20,000 bases of DNA, taken from an uncultured virus (IMG/VR IMGVR_UViG_3300021599_002354). Its lineage: Duplodnaviria; Heunggongvirae; Uroviricota; Caudoviricetes. The notes beneath the pieces are model-generated. The model saw only the letters and a list, made by a program, of their open reading frames with translations. It did not search any database and was not told the DNA's origin. Shown here piece by piece: positions 1 to 8,019 of this stretch (positions are counted from its first letter, which is position 1; every line of letters starts with the position of its first letter). The DNA lies in the IMG/VR virus record IMGVR_UViG_3300021599_002354; one strand, written 5' to 3'. A program made the position numbers and the translations under genes.

Positions 1-438
1 TTTAATTTCTGAAACAATTCCATTGAAGGATTTAAAAGGTCCATCGTTTATTATGACACTTTCACCGCTAATAAATTTTATTTTTTTAGATTCTAAATGT
101 TCTAAAAGATCATCATCTTTCAATATTCTTTTAATGTCAGATTGACTCATTAACATTGGTCTTCTATCTCCCATCAATCCCATCACATTAGGAAACATTG
201 AGACATTTTTAATTTCATCTTCTGTTAATCTATTTTTAGTTTCAAAATATAAATAACCACTATAAATAACTTTTTCTCTTATAGTTTTTTTCTGTTTCAC
301 CAAAATGTATTCTTTTTCTGTTGGACATACAAATCTTTCGATATAGTTTATTTTACCAAGTGAAATCTGTTTATTAAAATCTTCATTCAAAGATCTCTCT
401 TTACCTGGCATTACTTTGATAACGTACCATAAATTCAT
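1..438 (-). CDS. nusG: Transcription elongation/antitermination factor NusG (3' end runs off the window)
   Basis: Not in the ORF track. Manual translation from ATG at 438: MNLWYVIKVMPGKERSLNEDF...FVCPTEKEYILVKQKKTIREKVIYSGYLYFE...NVMGLMGDRRPMLMSQSDIKRIL...FISGESVIINDGPFKSFNGIVSEIK. It has NGN-domain WYV..V..G.E and (P/S)GY motifs plus the KOW motif G..V.I.DGPF..F.G.V; open for 146 codons to base 1. Confidence 0.92.
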   Translation of the reverse strand, partial: MNLWYVIKVMPGKERSLNEDFNKQISLGKINYIERFVCPTEKEYILVKQKKTIREKVIYSGYLYFETKNRLTEDEIKNVSMFPNVMGLMGDRRPMLMSQSDIKRILKDDDLLEHLESKKIKFISGESVIINDGPFKSFNGIVSEIK

Positions 439-451
439 ATCATTATTTTTT

Positions 452-459
452 ATAAATAT
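452..459 (-). promoter_or_regulatory. ATATTTAT motif upstream of nusG (putative phage late-type promoter)
   Basis: ataaatat on + strand, 13 nt upstream of the nusG ATG; same motif recurs at other gene starts. Confidence 0.55.
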
Positions 460-463
460 TTTA

Positions 464-1300
464 TTAATAATTCATAATTAGTAACTCAGTACCTATGTTT
501 TTTTCTTTTTTAGTTGAGGCAGCTTTACTAAAATCTTTTTGTTCCCATCGATATTGATCTTTCGGAAACCATTGTGAGAGTAGTGGGAAATCATAATAAG
601 ATAAACTAAATTTACCTTTGACACTCTTTATACAATTCGCCAATCTTTCATGGTCTTTAGAGTCAAAGTCGTGATTTGAATAATAATTTTCTGTTTTCCA
701 ATATGGTGGGTCCATATAGAAGTATGTAGTTGGTGAATCATATTCTTCAACCACCTGTTGAAAATCTTTATTTTCTATAAATGTTATTTTATCAAAATGT
801 TCACGATACTTTGGGTTTTTTAATTTGTCCATAAACACTAAAACTTTACATCTATATTTTCCTTTATAGTCCATATATGATGCTGTTTCCGGTTTAGATC
901 CTGAAAAGACTTGACCCAAAACATAAACATATTTACAAGCGATCTCCAAACTATTTTCTTCGGTGATTACAAGATCATTACTAAAAATTTCCTTTTGGTA
1001 TGTGTTAAACATCTGTTCATACTCAGGAGGAGTATCTACTACTTTAAGTTGTTGACAAGGGTATTTTGATAATTCGTTCCAAAGAATATCGTACTGTTTT
1101 GCCCACTTAAATAAATTAGTATTTAATCTATTAAAATCATTATATACAACAGTTTTAAGATTTGGGTAATCTTTTAGATCCATGTTAAAAAACACCCAGA
1201 ACATACCTGAAAATCCCTCTACGTATGTTTCAATATCGTTAGGGATATATGTCTTAATCCATTTTCCTATTCTTGCTTTACCTCCAATATATGATATCAT
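464..1300 (-). CDS. DNA adenine methyltransferase, Dam/D12 class
   Basis: N-terminal YIGGKARI, SAM-binding region YVEGFSG, YNDFN, catalytic DPPY, C-terminal TELLIMNY. Confidence 0.9.
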   Translation of the reverse strand: MISYIGGKARIGKWIKTYIPNDIETYVEGFSGMFWVFFNMDLKDYPNLKTVVYNDFNRLNTNLFKWAKQYDILWNELSKYPCQQLKVVDTPPEYEQMFNTYQKEIFSNDLVITEENSLEIACKYVYVLGQVFSGSKPETASYMDYKGKYRCKVLVFMDKLKNPKYREHFDKITFIENKDFQQVVEEYDSPTTYFYMDPPYWKTENYYSNHDFDSKDHERLANCIKSVKGKFSLSYYDFPLLSQWFPKDQYRWEQKDFSKAASTKKEKNIGTELLIMNY

Positions 1301-1351
1301 TATTAACTATATTATTGAAATAATATAATTAAAAAAAATCAAAAAAAGAAA

Positions 1352-1765
1352 TCAATCGTATCTCTTTGTTTTTCTATTAAATTTTTCTTTATACACCTTA
1401 TTTTCAATTTCCCATGGACCCTTATTACCATGTTCATTTACCATTTCTCTGAACTGTTTTTCATCATAATACTTACATTGTTCGGGGTATATATTTCCAA
1501 TCCCATAGTACAACATTTTTGGGAATTTTGAGGTTCTGCCGTTAGAATAGTCATATATATTTTCTTCATCTTCACACCATGCATGAGTAAATCTGTACCC
1601 GCTTAATTTTCCATGACCAGATACTATCCCATGGACTAATTTTATATTTTCAATTTTATTTGTAAACGCATTATTGAACATTAAATCAAATGCAGCATCA
1701 AAACAATCACCACCATCCGGTAGATCTTTTTTTGACATCTCATTTATAATCTGCATAATTTTCAT
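1352..1765 (-). CDS. Small transglutaminase/papain-like fold protein (putative Cys-His-Asp triad)
   Basis: GDCFDAA ... LVHG ... HAWCE ... IYDYS: Cys, HAW and Asp in the order typical of transglutaminase-like cores. Confidence 0.55.
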   Translation of the reverse strand: MKIMQIINEMSKKDLPDGGDCFDAAFDLMFNNAFTNKIENIKLVHGIVSGHGKLSGYRFTHAWCEDEENIYDYSNGRTSKFPKMLYYGIGNIYPEQCKYYDEKQFREMVNEHGNKGPWEIENKVYKEKFNRKTKRYD

Positions 1766-1769
1766 ATTG

Positions 1770-1777
1770 ATAAATAT
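1770..1777 (-). promoter_or_regulatory. ATATTTAT motif
   Basis: Minus strand reads ttcATATTTATcaatATG, 4 nt before the ATG at 1765. Confidence 0.6.
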
Positions 1778-1800
1778 GAAAAAATGGTATATATTCTATT

Positions 1801-1953
1801 ATGGCATGTTCAAGTTGTAAAAAAAAGGAGACTTTTAAAAACGAAATTAAAGAAACGGGTGATTTAGTATCCAAAAAAATTGTTTGGTTTGCAATTATTT
1901 GGTCGATTTTGGGGTTGTATGGTTTGTATTCTTTGGTAACCAAATTTATATGA
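1801..1953 (+). CDS. Small membrane protein with N-terminal CxxC (50 aa)
   Basis: Not in the ORF track. MACSSCKKKETFKNEIKETGDLVSKKIVWFAIIWSILGLYGLYSLVTKFI*; its TGA overlaps the next ATG (ATGA at 1950-1953); TATATT at 1790-1795 upstream. Confidence 0.7.
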   Translation: MACSSCKKKETFKNEIKETGDLVSKKIVWFAIIWSILGLYGLYSLVTKFI

Positions 1954-2588
1954 AAAATGGCAAATACTTTATAGTACTTTTTTGTAACAAAAAAAGAAAA
2001 AAAATATTACATCGTTGTATGAAACGTACAACGATAACTGAGTATTGGCATCAATTCAAAACAAAAGTAAAACCACCATTTACTAAAATTCAAGGTGGTA
2101 AAAGAAAACAAGAGAACATATTTGAATTAGCTCTTATATACCCATATAATAGATGGGTCACATCGGTATACGTAAAAGATAGTTTAGGTAGAAATATCGA
2201 AGCAAAAATGGAAAACGATAAATTTAGAATCAAAGAAATTATTCCATATTGGGAAGAGGAACTGATATATGATTTTCAATCAAAAAAAAGAATTAGATAC
2301 TATCAATTGTTAAGTCAAATTTTACCTGTCTCTGAGATCGGTCAGATCTTCACCTTAAATAATAAACTATTGATACAGGTAGAGGATAATATAAAATTAT
2401 TTAGTAATAAAAATCCTACAGATGCGGAAAGATTATTTGAAATAATAAAAAACGATTTGTTAAATAAAAAAAGACAAAACTTTATTTTTGTCAAAGACGT
2501 TACAACACATCAGAGAAAGTTATTGTACGATATGTTAGAAAAGAAAGGTTACAAAAGAGAAGAACTTAGTCGGCATTATTCGTATTAA
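1950..2588 (+). CDS. Hypothetical basic protein
   Basis: ORF track 1884-2588; the ATG at 1950 is preferred because it couples to the stop of 1801-1953. Confidence 0.75.
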   Translation: MKNGKYFIVLFCNKKRKKILHRCMKRTTITEYWHQFKTKVKPPFTKIQGGKRKQENIFELALIYPYNRWVTSVYVKDSLGRNIEAKMENDKFRIKEIIPYWEEELIYDFQSKKRIRYYQLLSQILPVSEIGQIFTLNNKLLIQVEDNIKLFSNKNPTDAERLFEIIKNDLLNKKRQNFIFVKDVTTHQRKLLYDMLEKKGYKREELSRHYSY

Positions 2589-2805
2589 AAACTATTTCAG
2601 TCGTTCCGATTTTTATTGTGAAAGTATTTTCAGGTTTTATCTGATTGTATCTTCCAAATTTACTTTCTATTAAATCATATATTTTTTCAAACTCAACTTT
2701 GGATACTTCAAATATCAGTGTCGGTGATTTTAAATTATATTGTAATTTTTCAATTATATCAGATATCTCTGCCAACTTTGTTAAAAATTCAACTTTTTTT
2801 TCCAT
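2566..2805 (-). CDS. Hypothetical protein (79 aa)
   Basis: ATG start, overlaps upstream gene, part of a tightly packed minus-strand run. Confidence 0.7.
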   Translation of the reverse strand: MEKKVEFLTKLAEISDIIEKLQYNLKSPTLIFEVSKVEFEKIYDLIESKFGRYNQIKPENTFTIKIGTTEIVFNTNNAD

Positions 2806-2992
2806 ATCCTAATATAATAAGTATTTTATCTAATATAGATATTTTCTTTTTTGGTTTAGGTGAGAACATTTTAGATTTATCTAAAGACTTAATCTCCTCA
2901 ATCAACTGATTCTTGTGGTTCGTCAGATCGATCTTGTCCTTCTCCATCTCCCGTTTCAACCAATCTGATGCCTGTTGTATCCTTTTGTCCAT
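2789..2992 (-). CDS. Hypothetical protein (67 aa) with C-terminal amphipathic segment
   Basis: ATG start, helical composition, ends ILDKILIILGYGKKS; overlaps both neighbours. Confidence 0.65.
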   Translation of the reverse strand: MDKRIQQASDWLKREMEKDKIDLTNHKNQLIEEIKSLDKSKMFSPKPKKKISILDKILIILGYGKKS

Positions 2993-3353
2993 TTATTGGT
3001 AGTAAATTTATTTCTTTTAAATTTTCTAAAGATTGTTTTTTGAACAACTCTTGTAATTCTTTTACTTTTTGTTGAAATAAAAATTCTTTTTCTTCTTCCT
3101 CTTTATTAACTCTCAATATTTCATTCGCACAAGCAAAAACAACATCATACCCATTTTGTGTTGCATGTGATATTAATGAAATTAAATTAAATTTTTCATT
3201 CTTATCTTGAATTTTAATTGCGATAGAACTGTAAGGTTTTGCAATATTTTCATACTTCCAAGATAATGGTAATTTAATATCTAAACTCACGTTGTCTTGT
3301 ACTTCTCTTAAAGAGTGGAAATAAGGTCTTAATGTTTTTATATTTTCAAACAC
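2898..3353 (-). CDS. Hypothetical protein (151 aa)
   Basis: GTG start 4 nt downstream of the previous stop; coiled-coil-like C-terminal half. Confidence 0.75.
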   Translation of the reverse strand: MFENIKTLRPYFHSLREVQDNVSLDIKLPLSWKYENIAKPYSSIAIKIQDKNEKFNLISLISHATQNGYDVVFACANEILRVNKEEEEKEFLFQQKVKELQELFKKQSLENLKEINLLPINGQKDTTGIRLVETGDGEGQDRSDEPQESVD

Positions 3354-3357
3354 GAAT

Positions 3358-3540
3358 TTAAATTATTAGGTTAGTTATTATATATGATATCGTTAAGTAT
3401 GTGAAAATCTTTTCTACATTTGTATATTTTATTGGTTCAGGATTATTTACAACCAATCTCATGATTAGATCAAATAATCTAACCCCTAAAAACAATAACG
3501 ATAATACAAGAATGAATATATTAATTTGTTGTGGTATCAT
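3358..3540 (-). CDS. Small two-TM membrane protein
   Basis: Two hydrophobic segments, INIFILVLSLLFLGVRLF and IFTYLTISYIITNLII. Confidence 0.7.
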   Translation of the reverse strand: MIPQQINIFILVLSLLFLGVRLFDLIMRLVVNNPEPIKYTNVEKIFTYLTISYIITNLII

Positions 3541-3712
3541 GTTTTTTCATTTCTTCTAAAATTTCTTTTCTATATACACCTATCAAGAACTTAATTTCTT
3601 GTGCATATTTTCTTGCTCTAATTGATGCACTTCGGTTCCCTTTCTCAAAAACTTTTTGTGTATCAACAGACATTTTTTCAACCAATTCTTTGATTTTTTT
3701 TAAAGTATCCAT
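3521..3712 (-). CDS. Histone H1-like Hc1-family nucleoid protein
   Basis: D..K..EKGNRSASIRARK..QEIK....YRKE matches the GNKAAGTRARK core of short Bacteroidota/Chlamydia Hc1-type proteins. Confidence 0.75.
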   Translation of the reverse strand: MDTLKKIKELVEKMSVDTQKVFEKGNRSASIRARKYAQEIKFLIGVYRKEILEEMKKHDTTTN

Positions 3713-3755
3713 ATTAATTTTTTTCAGTTATTAATACTAATATATGAAAAAAATT

Positions 3756-4211
3756 TTACTTTTTCAAGTTTTGATCAAGTAATTTATATACTTCGGTTAG
3801 AATGTCCAGTTCTGATCTTGTTTTTTTGTGTTTAAAATCAAACAGTTTAGAAAAGTATTCATTTATTTTAATTATACGTTTATCTATTTGAGGGTAATAG
3901 TACGCCTCTAAAAAGAAATTCCAAAAATAATCAAAATGATTACCTCTACTTTTAAAGAATATTTTTTCTTTATCGAAACTTTCTAAGGTTTTATCCCAAC
4001 ACCAAATGAAATGTCCTCTTTGTGATGGTTCTTCGAATAGTACGTCAGGTCCGAGATATGTTTTATCAATTAAATCATATAATGATTTTAAAAAATCGTA
4101 AAACAATTCAGTTTTTTCTCGACTTATATTATATGTCTTATACCAAATGTCTATTTGATGTTTGTAGCTTTCAGATGCAATAAACTCTAAATAACCTTCT
4201 TTATTTTCCAT
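3756..4211 (-). CDS. Hypothetical aromatic-rich helical protein (151 aa)
   Basis: Clean ORF with its own upstream TATATTA motif. Confidence 0.8.
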   Translation of the reverse strand: MENKEGYLEFIASESYKHQIDIWYKTYNISREKTELFYDFLKSLYDLIDKTYLGPDVLFEEPSQRGHFIWCWDKTLESFDKEKIFFKSRGNHFDYFWNFFLEAYYYPQIDKRIIKINEYFSKLFDFKHKKTRSELDILTEVYKLLDQNLKK

Positions 4212-4259
4212 ATTCCTTCTATTTTATAATATAAGGATAAAAGAAAATATTAAGAAGAA

Positions 4260-5585
4260 TTACTGAGTTTTTTTATTGTAAACTGCCATATTTTTCATTT
4301 TCTTGATTTCTTCTTCAAGAATTGTTGACAATTTTGTTTTTTCCGATTCGTTTACAACATTAACTTTTTCGGGATCTTTCCAACTATGTCCCCAGCTAAT
4401 TTCAGGTTCAGATTTAATCTTCTTATCTTTTCTTTCCGCCTTATCTGCTAATTTTTTTCCTACGTCACTTTTAACTGCATTTGCATATTCATGTGAATTA
4501 CCCATAAGTGCATCACCCTCTAATGACATTTTTAATCTTTTCTTAAAATTCTCTGATGGATTTTCAATATTTAAATCTTCTAATCCGCCGCCTCTAATGT
4601 CTGAAACAATTTCATCTTCTTTAGATGAATTCTTTCTTGCCATTTTCTCTTTTGCTTTACCAATTTGATGTGGGAACTCAGGATTGTCATTATTTGAAAA
4701 TGAAAGAGCATCTTTAATTTTTGCGGAAACATCACTAATGTTTTTCTTATTTGATGTTTCACTATCTTTTTTTACACGATTGGTTATGTCTAATCCAGGT
4801 ATGGATTCCTTTACCATTTTTTTGATCATTTTGATCATCTCAGTTTCATTCATTCTAACAACTTTTTTCTTAGATTCCATTTTAGAACCATATCCACATT
4901 CATTACACATTCCCTCTTCGTTCATTGACCCACCACATTCGTTACAAACATGTTTAGATTCTTCAACTTCTTTTTCACCTGATTCATCACTTTGTGTATC
5001 GGCATCAGATAACCATTGATCAAACTCACTTTCTTTTGTCTCAACTTCTTTTTTATTACCTTTATTTTTTAACATCATTAAAAAATCTGATTTAGTTAAC
5101 TTACCATCTTTATTTTTATCTAATTCAGTTTGTCCGCCATGTAATTTTTCCATCATGTCTTTATCACCACATTCATTACAATCTTCTTCATTTTCATCTA
5201 CGTCAGATGTGTCGATATATTCTTTGTTACCTAAATTAAATTTCTCACCTTTAGGTGTATCTTTTAATGCTTTAGTAAATGTATTACCTTCCATTGAATC
5301 TTCTTCTTCAGAAAGTTCATCATTCATTTCATCTAATTTATCTATCATATCATCATGAGATTCATATATACCTTTTTCAATAATTAACTCACCATCATTC
5401 TTATCTTTGTAACGTGGTAAAGCTTCCTCAGCTTCTTCTTGTGTATTGAAACTTGCGAGAGGTATTCCTTCACATTTAATGTGATATACTTCTTTTTTTG
5501 AACCTTCAGATTCTTGAATTATTTTCTTTTTTACTTCCTTAAAAATTAAGTCAGTTACGTTTTTATTTAAATCTTTCGTTTTCAT
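4260..5585 (-). CDS. Acidic modular protein, putative head-internal/scaffold-like virion protein
   Basis: ATG at 5585 preferred over TTG at 5591. Three CNECG motifs, EF-hand-like DKNKDGKLTKSD, helices KKVVRMNETEMIKMIKKMVKES and ILEEEIKKMKNM. Virion role is inferred. Confidence 0.6.
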   Translation of the reverse strand: MKTKDLNKNVTDLIFKEVKKKIIQESEGSKKEVYHIKCEGIPLASFNTQEEAEEALPRYKDKNDGELIIEKGIYESHDDMIDKLDEMNDELSEEEDSMEGNTFTKALKDTPKGEKFNLGNKEYIDTSDVDENEEDCNECGDKDMMEKLHGGQTELDKNKDGKLTKSDFLMMLKNKGNKKEVETKESEFDQWLSDADTQSDESGEKEVEESKHVCNECGGSMNEEGMCNECGYGSKMESKKKVVRMNETEMIKMIKKMVKESIPGLDITNRVKKDSETSNKKNISDVSAKIKDALSFSNNDNPEFPHQIGKAKEKMARKNSSKEDEIVSDIRGGGLEDLNIENPSENFKKRLKMSLEGDALMGNSHEYANAVKSDVGKKLADKAERKDKKIKSEPEISWGHSWKDPEKVNVVNESEKTKLSTILEEEIKKMKNMAVYNKKTQ

Positions 5586-6429
5586 ATTCAATAAATATCT
5601 TGTTTATTTCATTTAATACGAGTTTTTCTATTTCCCTATAAGGTAATTTTAACTCATCAGATGTCTCTTTTATATATATTTGTATTTCTTTATTTTCAGA
5701 AATGAATTCCAATGCTCCGGTGTTACCTTGATTACAATAAGGAAATTTTTTACATTTTTCTTTAATCTTAACATAGATACCCTGAGGTCCACCATACTTG
5801 GGAAAATTCTTATCTTTTACGGCTCTACCTTTATAAATGGATTTTGGACCTTCGATACTCAAAGGATTTTTTCGACCTTTAGTCGTTTTTCCGAAAAGAG
5901 GTACATCAAATTGACCTGAAGAGGATGCGTCCATTGCCTCATCAATTTCTTTTTCCTCATTTAATTTTGAATTATGGATTTTATATATATCTCTTTTTTT
6001 AATCACATCACCTGAAAATGCACCCTCAAAGGAACCTGAGGAACTCGCATCAGTCGCCTCTTTTGTTTCTATTTTTTTTAACTTATCATAATATTTTGGG
6101 TCTTCCCACAAATGGTCCATAGCAATTTCTTTTGCCTTTTCTTTATCATCTGTATGTTCCATCTCAACCTTCATACCCATATGTAATTGTTTCCTTAAAG
6201 AGTCCATCATATTTTTAATATGATAATAACCTTTGGCGTCATGTTTTTTGGATATTTGAACTAATGATTTGTTATCCGCCAAACCACCTTCAATTTCTTC
6301 TGTTTCGTTAACTTTCTTTTTTCCTTGACAATGCGCCCTTTGACTAAACCCCTTTGGATTATTACAATCAATTGATTTCTTATATTTTTCTAACCATTTT
6401 TCGTTAGTTTCTGTTTCGATTTTTTTCAT
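5563..6429 (-). CDS. Mosaic protein with DUF5661-like domain and two small Cys motifs
   Basis: G.KVEMEH...IAMDHLWEDPKYY..L (DUF5661-like), SIDCNNPKGFSQRAHCQG, KCKKFPYCNQG, duplicated EAxDASSSG. Confidence 0.65.
   Translation of the reverse strand: MKKIETETNEKWLEKYKKSIDCNNPKGFSQRAHCQGKKKVNETEEIEGGLADNKSLVQISKKHDAKGYYHIKNMMDSLRKQLHMGMKVEMEHTDDKEKAKEIAMDHLWEDPKYYDKLKKIETKEATDASSSGSFEGAFSGDVIKKRDIYKIHNSKLNEEKEIDEAMDASSSGQFDVPLFGKTTKGRKNPLSIEGPKSIYKGRAVKDKNFPKYGGPQGIYVKIKEKCKKFPYCNQGNTGALEFISENKEIQIYIKETSDELKLPYREIEKLVLNEINKIFIEYENERFK
5591..5598 (-). promoter_or_regulatory. ATATTTAT motif
   Basis: Minus strand reads caagATATTTATtgaatATG, 5 nt before the ATG at 5585. Confidence 0.6.
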
Positions 6430-6668
6430 TATCTAACCGATTTTAATGCACTTTCCCAGAAAGATTTTCTTTGCCAAAGTGTTTTGAATAATTCTACCAC
6501 AACTTTGGTTGATAAATCAATTATTTTGTCATCAATTTTTTTTGTTCCGAGTTCATCTTGTATAATTTTGATAACAATTTTATGAGCCTGAGTTGTCTCC
6601 ATAAAATTGTTTATTTCTTTTTTTACAATTTTTTCGATTTCTCTTTTATCTTGTTCTGTAAATGACAT
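6429..6668 (-). CDS. Hypothetical protein (79 aa)
   Basis: 1-nt stop/start (TAATG) coupling with both neighbours. Confidence 0.8.
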   Translation of the reverse strand: MSFTEQDKREIEKIVKKEINNFMETTQAHKIVIKIIQDELGTKKIDDKIIDLSTKVVVELFKTLWQRKSFWESALKSVR

Positions 6669-7210
6669 TATATATTATTCTTTCTACTGTCGATTATTGA
6701 TTCAAAAGTTGTTTTGAATGTCTCTTCAAATTTTACTAATTTATCTAAAACTTGTCCAACTTCATTTTCTAATTTCATCATTTCCGCATTAACATATACA
6801 CCAGAATCTTTACCTGCGATGAATACAAAACTTATATCCTCATCGGATAATTTACCATCTAATCTAACTTGATCTTGATTTATTGTTAAACCTGGTTCAA
6901 AATCTACAATTTGTGAAACTTGTTGTTTGAAGTTATCCAATAGGTCTGATATTGATTTCTTTTGTTCATCTGTCAAATCCATATCCGCCTCGTCATTTGA
7001 TATCATTTTAACATCCACATCATTGATCGCAGTAATGTTGTCTTTTTGTCCACTGTCTCCTGTTTCCTTATTAGAATCCATATCAACACCAAATTCAGTG
7101 TCTTCTAATAGTTTATTTGCTTTTTTTGATTGATGTGATTCATTTAACTTTCTCAATGTGTTCAACATTGTTTTTGTCTGATCGTATGCTATGACTTTTC
7201 TCTTATCCAT
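6668..7210 (-). CDS. Hypothetical acidic protein (180 aa)
   Basis: Clean ORF, overlapping or coupled at both ends. Confidence 0.8.
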   Translation of the reverse strand: MDKRKVIAYDQTKTMLNTLRKLNESHQSKKANKLLEDTEFGVDMDSNKETGDSGQKDNITAINDVDVKMISNDEADMDLTDEQKKSISDLLDNFKQQVSQIVDFEPGLTINQDQVRLDGKLSDEDISFVFIAGKDSGVYVNAEMMKLENEVGQVLDKLVKFEETFKTTFESIIDSRKNNI

Positions 7211-7802
7211 TTTTAAAAAATATTGTAAAATCGAACGAAGGGTTTATATCTGTATAAATATCCGAATAATTTGATTTATATACAATCCCATTAAACTTAG
7301 ACACACCATTGTTTAATGCGTGTGATGGCATTGATTTTTTTTCTATTTTATGTTTTTCACATAAAGATTCACATAACTTACTTATGGAGTCGTACTGAGA
7401 TTCATTATATTTGTCCCAAAAAAAATAATTTCTCCAATTTCGTATATGTGGTTCACTTCTATACGTGTCTCCGATCCAATTATTCATGAAACCCGTTATT
7501 GTATTTTTATGTAACCAACCGAGATTTTCGATTGCAATTTTAATAATCTTTCTATCTACGTTAGGTATGTCAAAGGTTTTTGAACTATAATCAGTATCAA
7601 ATAATTGATAAATTGCCCCAAGTTTGGAAATAACAAAATGAGGAATATCTTCATATTCCCCATTTTTTCTATACTTTATTTTATTTATGAAATCGTCAAC
7701 TCTTCTTTGAGTGTCGTATAATAGAATCTGAGTTTTCTTAGATTTTTTTCTATATATATTTAATTTTTTATCATCTAAACCGTCTACGTTGTGTACTAAC
7801 AT
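7203..7802 (-). CDS. N-acetylmuramoyl-L-alanine amidase-like (Amidase_2/PGRP fold), apparently lacking Zn-ligand histidines
   Basis: KTQILLYDT, PHFVISKLGAIYQLFD, IKIAIENLG, YNESQYDSISKLC..L..KH.I and GIVYKSNY....TDINP follow the Amidase_2 motif order. Confidence 0.7.
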   Translation of the reverse strand: MLVHNVDGLDDKKLNIYRKKSKKTQILLYDTQRRVDDFINKIKYRKNGEYEDIPHFVISKLGAIYQLFDTDYSSKTFDIPNVDRKIIKIAIENLGWLHKNTITGFMNNWIGDTYRSEPHIRNWRNYFFWDKYNESQYDSISKLCESLCEKHKIEKKSMPSHALNNGVSKFNGIVYKSNYSDIYTDINPSFDFTIFFKNG

Positions 7803-8019
7803 TACGAGAAATTACTTTTCTTATTTGTGTCTGAGGAAGAATTTCTTCTTCTGACTGTGGGATTATGGTTTCATTATTTTCCAAATCATATATTACAAGA
7901 TTTGGGTTTCCGTCGTCCTTTTCCCAATATAAAGATTCTTCATCAACTAATTCTGTCGAATCTAATATTTGTGTTGTATCCGAAACCGGGTCTTCTGATT
8001 GGGTTTTTTCTTCTATTAT
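7771..8019 (-). CDS. -1 frame continuation (82 aa, no ATG) of the 433-aa membrane protein
   Basis: IIEEKTQSEDPVSDTTQILDSTELVDEESLYWEKDDGNPNLVIYDLENNETIIPQSEEEILPQTQIRKVISRNVSTQRRRFR*; same acidic composition as the upstream tail and reachable only through the A11 tract. Confidence 0.7.
   Translation of the reverse strand: MIEEKTQSEDPVSDTTQILDSTELVDEESLYWEKDDGNPNLVIYDLENNETIIPQSEEEILPQTQIRKVISRNVSTQRRRFR

Noticed and set aside
451..458. TATAAATA (T4 late promoter consensus) on the plus strand here and at 9630-9637
   Set aside because: Points away from the adjacent genes; across all sites the conserved orientation is ATATTTAT on the coding strand
1740..1943. Minus-strand 67-aa ORF and the 1884 start of the plus-strand gene
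   Set aside because: Both conflict with the better-supported 1801-1953 ORF and its ATGA coupling at 1950
4303..5919. Plus-strand ORFs 4303-4668, 4684-5019, 5155-5358, 5680-5919 and minus-strand 4580-4762
   Set aside because: Ser/Phe/Leu-rich antisense shadows or alternate frames of the Glu/Lys-rich minus-strand genes, with no independent signals
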